Source: Catenulispora subtropica
GTDB taxonomy: Bacteria; Actinomycetota; Actinomycetes; Streptomycetales; Catenulisporaceae
Direction of reading: 5' to 3'
DNA: 24,000 nt
Assembly (NCBI RefSeq): GCF_039531675.1
Contig: NZ_BAAAQM010000050.1
Coordinates: forward strand, 50,243-74,242
Made by a program: the position numbers and the translations under genes. This document shows positions 20,127-24,000 of the stretch, one piece after another. The notes under the pieces are model-generated. The model was given only the letters and a program-made list of their open reading frames with translations. It ran no database searches and had not been told where the DNA came from. Numbering within the stretch: position 1 is the stretch's first letter; every line of letters starts with the position of its first letter.

Positions 20127-21242
20127 ATGACTGAGACCTCCGTCGGCCCCCTCGTTCTTCTCAACCCCGGTCCGGCCTGCACCACCGACCGCGTCCGCGC
20201 CGCGCTGGGCCGGGGCGACTGGTGCCACCGCGAGCCGGAGTTCTCCGAGCTGCTGGCGTCCATCCGCTCCGGGCTGAGCCGGGTGCTGAACGTCGGCGAC
20301 ACGCACGAGGCGATCGTCGTCACCGGCTCCGGCACCTCGGCGATGGAGATGGCGGTGATCAGCGCGGTGCGCGCCGGCCGCTCGATCCTGGTGGTCCGCA
20401 ACGGCGTCTACGGCGACCGGCTGGCGAAGATCGCCGAGGTGAACGGGATCGCCGTGCACTCGGTCACCAGCGCGTGGACCGAGCCGGCCGATCCGGAGGC
20501 GGTGCGCGCGGCGCTGGCCGAGCACCCGGACGTGGACGCGGTCGCGGTGGTGCAGCACGAGACCACCACCGGCATGATCAACCCGGTCGGCGCCATCGGC
20601 GCGGTCGCGCGGGAGGCCGGCGTGCTGCTGCTGGTCGACGCGATCAGCGCCACGGCGATCGAGGACGAGGGCCACGAGGATCTCCACGCCGACATCATCT
20701 GCGGCACCGCGAACAAGGGCCTGCACGGTCTGCCGGGCATCTCGTTCATCCTGTGCTCGGCCAAGGGGATCGAGCGCATCCAGGAGGTCCCGGTCCGTTC
20801 GCTGTATCTGAACGCTGACACCTACCTGACGGGGCAGCGCAAGGGCGACGTGCCGTTCACCCCGGCCGTGCAGGTGTGCTTCGCGCTGGACGAGGCCATC
20901 AAGGAGTTGGAGGAGCGCGGCGGCGTCGCGGCGCGGGTGGCGGAGTACAAGGAGCGTGCGGCCCTGGTGCGCGCCGGCTTCGAGCGGCTGGGCCTGTCGA
21001 TCCTGATCCCCGAGGAGCACCGCTCCAACTCGATCTCGATGATCTACCTGCCCGAGGGCATCACCTACTCCGAACTGCACGACGCGCTGAAGGACGAGGG
21101 CTTCGTCATCTACGCCGGACAGGGCGACCTGGCGAAGACGTTCTTCCGCGTCTCCACGATGGGCGAACTGCCGCTGCCGGTGCTGGAACGGTTCCTGACG
21201 AGCCTCGAAACGTCCATCGCCAAGATCCGCGCCGGTCGCTAG
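20127..21242 (+). CDS. phnW: 2-aminoethylphosphonate:pyruvate aminotransferase-like class V aminotransferase
   Basis: LLNPGPACTTDRVRAAL..GDWCHREPEF matches the PhnW N-terminal signature LLTPGP....V..A...DWC. The motifs HETTTGMINP, GTANKGLHGLPGISF (PLP Lys) and FFRVSTMG are present. Confidence 0.75.
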   Translation: MTETSVGPLVLLNPGPACTTDRVRAALGRGDWCHREPEFSELLASIRSGLSRVLNVGDTHEAIVVTGSGTSAMEMAVISAVRAGRSILVVRNGVYGDRLAKIAEVNGIAVHSVTSAWTEPADPEAVRAALAEHPDVDAVAVVQHETTTGMINPVGAIGAVAREAGVLLLVDAISATAIEDEGHEDLHADIICGTANKGLHGLPGISFILCSAKGIERIQEVPVRSLYLNADTYLTGQRKGDVPFTPAVQVCFALDEAIKELEERGGVAARVAEYKERAALVRAGFERLGLSILIPEEHRSNSISMIYLPEGITYSELHDALKDEGFVIYAGQGDLAKTFFRVSTMGELPLPVLERFLTSLETSIAKIRAGR

Positions 21243-21348
21243 AGATCTATCCACCGTTAACCCCGCTGGCTAGGCTGACGGTCAACGGGGCGTGTTCCGG
21301 CACGTCCCGGGACCGCCGGAGACATTCTCGGGTGGGAAGGGCCGAAGC

Positions 21349-22296
21349 GTGACACAGCTGAACCTGCACCGTCTGTCGATCTTCATGACAGTGGTCGAAA
21401 GCGGCGGCTTCTCGGCGGCGGCCCAGAAGCTCTACATGAGCCAGCCCTCGGTCTCCAACCACGTCCGCAACCTCGAGCAGTCGCTCCAGACCACTCTCAT
21501 CGACCGCTCCGGCCCCCGCATCCGCCCCACCGCCGAGGGCGAGGTCCTGGTGGAGTACGCCCGCCGCGTGTTCCTCCTGACCGAGGAAGCGGTCGCCGCG
21601 ATCCGCGAAGTGTCCGGCGTGCAGTCCGGCCGGCTGGAGGTCGGCGGCACGACGACGGTCGGCACCTACCTGCTCCCGCGCCTGCTGGCCCGCTTCCGCG
21701 ACCGCCACCGCAACATCGAGTGCGACATCGTGGTGGGCAACAACGGCCAGATCGTGAAACGCCTCCTGGACGGCGAACTGGGCCTGGCGATCGTCGCGGG
21801 CCAGCCCGGCGCCCCCCAGCTGAAGACGGAGACCGTCCTCGACGAACGCCTCCTCCTGGTCGCCGCGCCAGGCCACGCACTGACCCGCCGGCCGGACGGC
21901 ACGCCCCGCGGCCCCCTGACCCCCACCGACCTCGCCGGCGAACGCTTCCTGCTCCGCGAACCAGGCTCCCAGACCCGGGACCTCCAGGAAGCCGCCCTGA
22001 TCGGCTGGGACCTCGACGACATGGCCAAGGCCGACATGTGGGGCCCCGAGACCATCAAGCAGTCGGTCGCCGCCGGTCTCGGCATATCCCTGATCTCCGA
22101 ACACGCCATCGACTCCGAGGTCCGCGAGGGCAGGCTGGTGGTGTTGGAGATCGAGCCGGCGCTGCGGTCCCGACCGGTGGTGGTCGCCTACCGGCGGGAC
22201 CGGTTGCTGTCACCGGCGGAGCGGGCTTTCCTGGGGCTGGTGCGGGGGTTGCGGACGTGGCCGGCTTTGGACGGGGGACAGCGGGCGGTGGCTTAA
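21349..22296 (+). CDS. LysR-family transcriptional regulator
   Basis: GTG 21349 has GGGAAGGG upstream. The HTH reads LHRLSIFMTVVESGGFSAAAQKLYMSQPSVSNHVRNLEQSL, followed by a typical LTTR substrate-binding domain. Confidence 0.9.
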   Translation: MTQLNLHRLSIFMTVVESGGFSAAAQKLYMSQPSVSNHVRNLEQSLQTTLIDRSGPRIRPTAEGEVLVEYARRVFLLTEEAVAAIREVSGVQSGRLEVGGTTTVGTYLLPRLLARFRDRHRNIECDIVVGNNGQIVKRLLDGELGLAIVAGQPGAPQLKTETVLDERLLLVAAPGHALTRRPDGTPRGPLTPTDLAGERFLLREPGSQTRDLQEAALIGWDLDDMAKADMWGPETIKQSVAAGLGISLISEHAIDSEVREGRLVVLEIEPALRSRPVVVAYRRDRLLSPAERAFLGLVRGLRTWPALDGGQRAVA

Positions 22297-22640
22297 GCCG
22301 AACCCTCCGCCACCTTCCCCATAGTCCCCGCCCGCGCCACGCCCTCGATCTCGACGCAGATCCCGAATACGCGCGCGTGCCCGGTCCACCCGTTGACGCG
22401 CCCGCGGTTGTTGCTGATCTGCACCCGCGCGTTCGCGTGGTCCACGGCCGACACCAGGTGCAGATACGTCGTCCCGGCCACGCGCACCAACACGATGTCG
22501 CCGGTCTCCAGCTTCGCCGGTTCCACCGGCGCCACCGTCACCTGCTGCCGACTGCGGATCAGCGGCACCATCGACGTCCCGGTCGGGCGGAACCGGACCC
22601 GCTCACCGGCGGCGACCCGTGTCGCGACCGCGTCCAACAT
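22293..22640 (-). CDS. Small S24/S26-like (LexA/signal-peptidase fold) protein
   Basis: FRPTGTSMVPLI...GDIVLVRV....YLHLV...ISNNRG..NGW......VFG parallels the G.SM.P...GD.V.....KR....GDN...S.DSR..G pattern. An alternative GTG start is at 22667. The 3' end overlaps the LysR stop by 4 nt. The gene lies directly downstream of the kinase gene. Confidence 0.6.
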   Translation of the reverse strand: MLDAVATRVAAGERVRFRPTGTSMVPLIRSRQQVTVAPVEPAKLETGDIVLVRVAGTTYLHLVSAVDHANARVQISNNRGRVNGWTGHARVFGICVEIEGVARAGTMGKVAEGSA

Positions 22641-22707
22641 CCCCACGCCCGCAGCATCGCAGACCACCGATGCGCGGGCGATGTGTTTTTCGCCGGCGGT
22701 GCTCCGG

Positions 22708-24000
22708 TTACGCCGGCGGTGCTCCGTGCGCGCCGTCGCACAGCGGGACGCCGCCGAAGTCGCCGTCGTTGTCGCCGCCCGCGGCGGAGACCGCGTTCAC
22801 CCAGCCCCAGCCGCCGTGGTCGGAGGCGGTCCAGGCCCACCACTTGTTGTAGTACTGGCCCTGGTGTTGGGTGCGGCCGGTGGCCTGGCACAGGACCCAG
22901 TTCGTGCCCTGGTGCAGGTAGCCGGTGATCGAGCCGCTGCTGGTGTAGACCGGAGAGCCGCCGCTCGAGCCGTCGCCGGGGGTGTCGAACGGGCAGTTGT
23001 AGCCGGTGCCCTGGGAGGTCGAGGTGGTGCCGCTGCACGGGACCGGCGCGGGGGCGGGCGGTGCCGGCTGGGAGGTCGACGGGGCCGGCTTGGACGTCGA
23101 CGCGGCCGACGACGGTGGGGCCGCCGTCGTGCTGTGGGACGCCGACGAGCTCGGCGGGTGGGCCGTCGAGCCCCCGCTGGAGGACGGCTGCTGGCCGCCG
23201 GCCGGGGCGCCGCCGGAGGAGGACGGTGCCTGGTTCGAGGCCGGGTTGCCGCCGGAGGCGGGGGCCGCGGCGGACGTCGGCACGTTGTCTCCCGAGCGGG
23301 GCGCGCTGCCGTTGCCGGAGATGTCCGACGCGTCCTTGCCCGACGGGCTCTGTCCCGGCGCCGAGGACTGGCCGCTCGCGGTGGCGCCCTGAAGAGCCGT
23401 CGAGTCCTTGTGGTCGCTCCCCTGGGAGGAGAACATCACGGCCCCGGCGACCGCCACGACGGCCAGCGCCACGCCGCTGATGATCGCGACCGGCTTCTTG
23501 CGGCTCGGGGGAGCCTGCCTGCCCCGCCCGCGCGGACCGCCCTCGGCGGGGGGAGGCCCGGGGTTGTAAGGGCTGACCATCGGCGGAGGCGTCGGAAGCC
23601 GGGTCTCCATACGCGGCGTCTCGAACCGCGGCGTGTCGAACCGCTGGCCGCCGGCCCCGGCGCCGCTACCTGCCCCACCACCTCGCGCCAGGTTCAACCG
23701 AGCCGTCTCAGCCGCGGCGAACCCCGCCGTCAGGTCGTAATCCCGCACCGTGTGCCGCGCCAACGGCTCCGGCAGCCACGTCGAAGCCAACTCGTACGTG
23801 TCATCCGTCGCGGACGCGTCGGACCAGTCGGGCGTGGTGGGGACGCCCGGCCAGTCGCTCGTCCCCCGCAGCCGCGCGGCGGTGGCCGCCATCCGCCCCG
23901 CGTCCGGCCGCTGCGCCGGGTCCTTCGCCAGGCACGCCGTCACCAGCGGCCGGAGCTCCTCGGGGAGGTCGGCGAGGTCGGGCTCGGCGTGCACCACCCG
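22708..24000 (-). CDS. Ser/Thr protein kinase, 5'-truncated by the window edge: kinase C-lobe end, TM helix, Ser/Pro/Ala-rich linker and Cys/Trp-rich extracellular C-terminal domain
   Basis: LRPLVTACLAKDPAQRP is the canonical subdomain XI. The TM segment is KKPVAIISGVALAVVAVAGAVMF. A low-complexity linker of about 130 aa follows. The C-terminal 110 aa have 4 Cys and the motif NWVLCQ...YYNKWWAWT.SD.GGWGWVNA. The frame is open to position 24000. Confidence 0.85.
   Translation of the reverse strand, partial: RVVHAEPDLADLPEELRPLVTACLAKDPAQRPDAGRMAATAARLRGTSDWPGVPTTPDWSDASATDDTYELASTWLPEPLARHTVRDYDLTAGFAAAETARLNLARGGGAGSGAGAGGQRFDTPRFETPRMETRLPTPPPMVSPYNPGPPPAEGGPRGRGRQAPPSRKKPVAIISGVALAVVAVAGAVMFSSQGSDHKDSTALQGATASGQSSAPGQSPSGKDASDISGNGSAPRSGDNVPTSAAAPASGGNPASNQAPSSSGGAPAGGQQPSSSGGSTAHPPSSSASHSTTAAPPSSAASTSKPAPSTSQPAPPAPAPVPCSGTTSTSQGTGYNCPFDTPGDGSSGGSPVYTSSGSITGYLHQGTNWVLCQATGRTQHQGQYYNKWWAWTASDHGGWGWVNAVSAAGGDNDGDFGGVPLCDGAHGAPPA

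Noticed and set aside
21254-21288. Weak hairpin (CCGTTAACC / GGTCAACGG) between phnW and the LysR gene as a possible terminator
   Set aside because: The stem is 9 bp with one mismatch and a 17-nt loop, and no U-tract follows. This is insufficient to call a terminator, and the two genes may be co-transcribed.
20064-22928. Shadow ORFs 20064..21254 (-), 21247..22104 (-) and 21720..22928 (+)
   Set aside because: They are antisense or out of frame relative to phnW, the LysR regulator and the S24-like gene. They show no family motifs.

Overview
This is a very GC-rich actinomycete (Streptomyces-like) chromosomal segment with strong third-position GC bias. I call 23 protein-coding genes on both strands, two of them truncated by the window edges. 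I see no rRNA, tRNA, CRISPR array, transposase or integrase. The content is a mosaic of accessory secreted or cell-envelope functions, phosphate-scavenging functions and housekeeping-type enzymes. The envelope group is a Tat-exported cholesterol oxidase, a 685-aa Ig-repeat secreted protein, a lipoprotein, an Rpf+LysM resuscitation-promoting factor, a GH46 chitosanase and a Ser/Thr kinase with an extracellular C-terminal domain. The phosphate group is a Tat phospholipase C/phosphoesterase, a PiT transporter with a DUF47 partner and a PhnW-like 2-aminoethylphosphonate transaminase with a LysR regulator. The enzyme group includes an aminotransferase, an F420-dependent LLM oxidoreductase, a flavin reductase and a methyltransferase. 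Many long ORFs in the six-frame track are high-GC shadow frames and were rejected. I did not find a clear-cut new multi-gene system such as a defence island or biosynthetic cluster. The most interesting signals are regulatory or architectural: (1) phased GTTCACC 11-nt direct repeats (PHO-box-like) between the pit-DUF47 operon and an orphan phnW-lysR pair. (2) A long, highly structured leader upstream of rpfA that is a candidate c-di-AMP (ydaO-class) riboswitch. (3) A KstR/TetR-type palindrome overlapping the likely cholesterol oxidase promoter, with an unusual choA / DapB-like oxidoreductase / AhpD-like three-gene unit. (4) A secreted multidomain protein with an uncharacterised Cys-rich N-terminal domain, an in-frame TTA codon and an AT-rich palindromic upstream region. 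(5) A Ser/Thr-kinase gene relic inside a divergent promoter region. (6) A kinase with an uncharacterised Trp/Cys-rich ectodomain followed by a small S24/S26-like protein that seems to lack the catalytic Lys. All functional calls rest on my reading of the translated ORFs and remembered family motifs. No searches were run.
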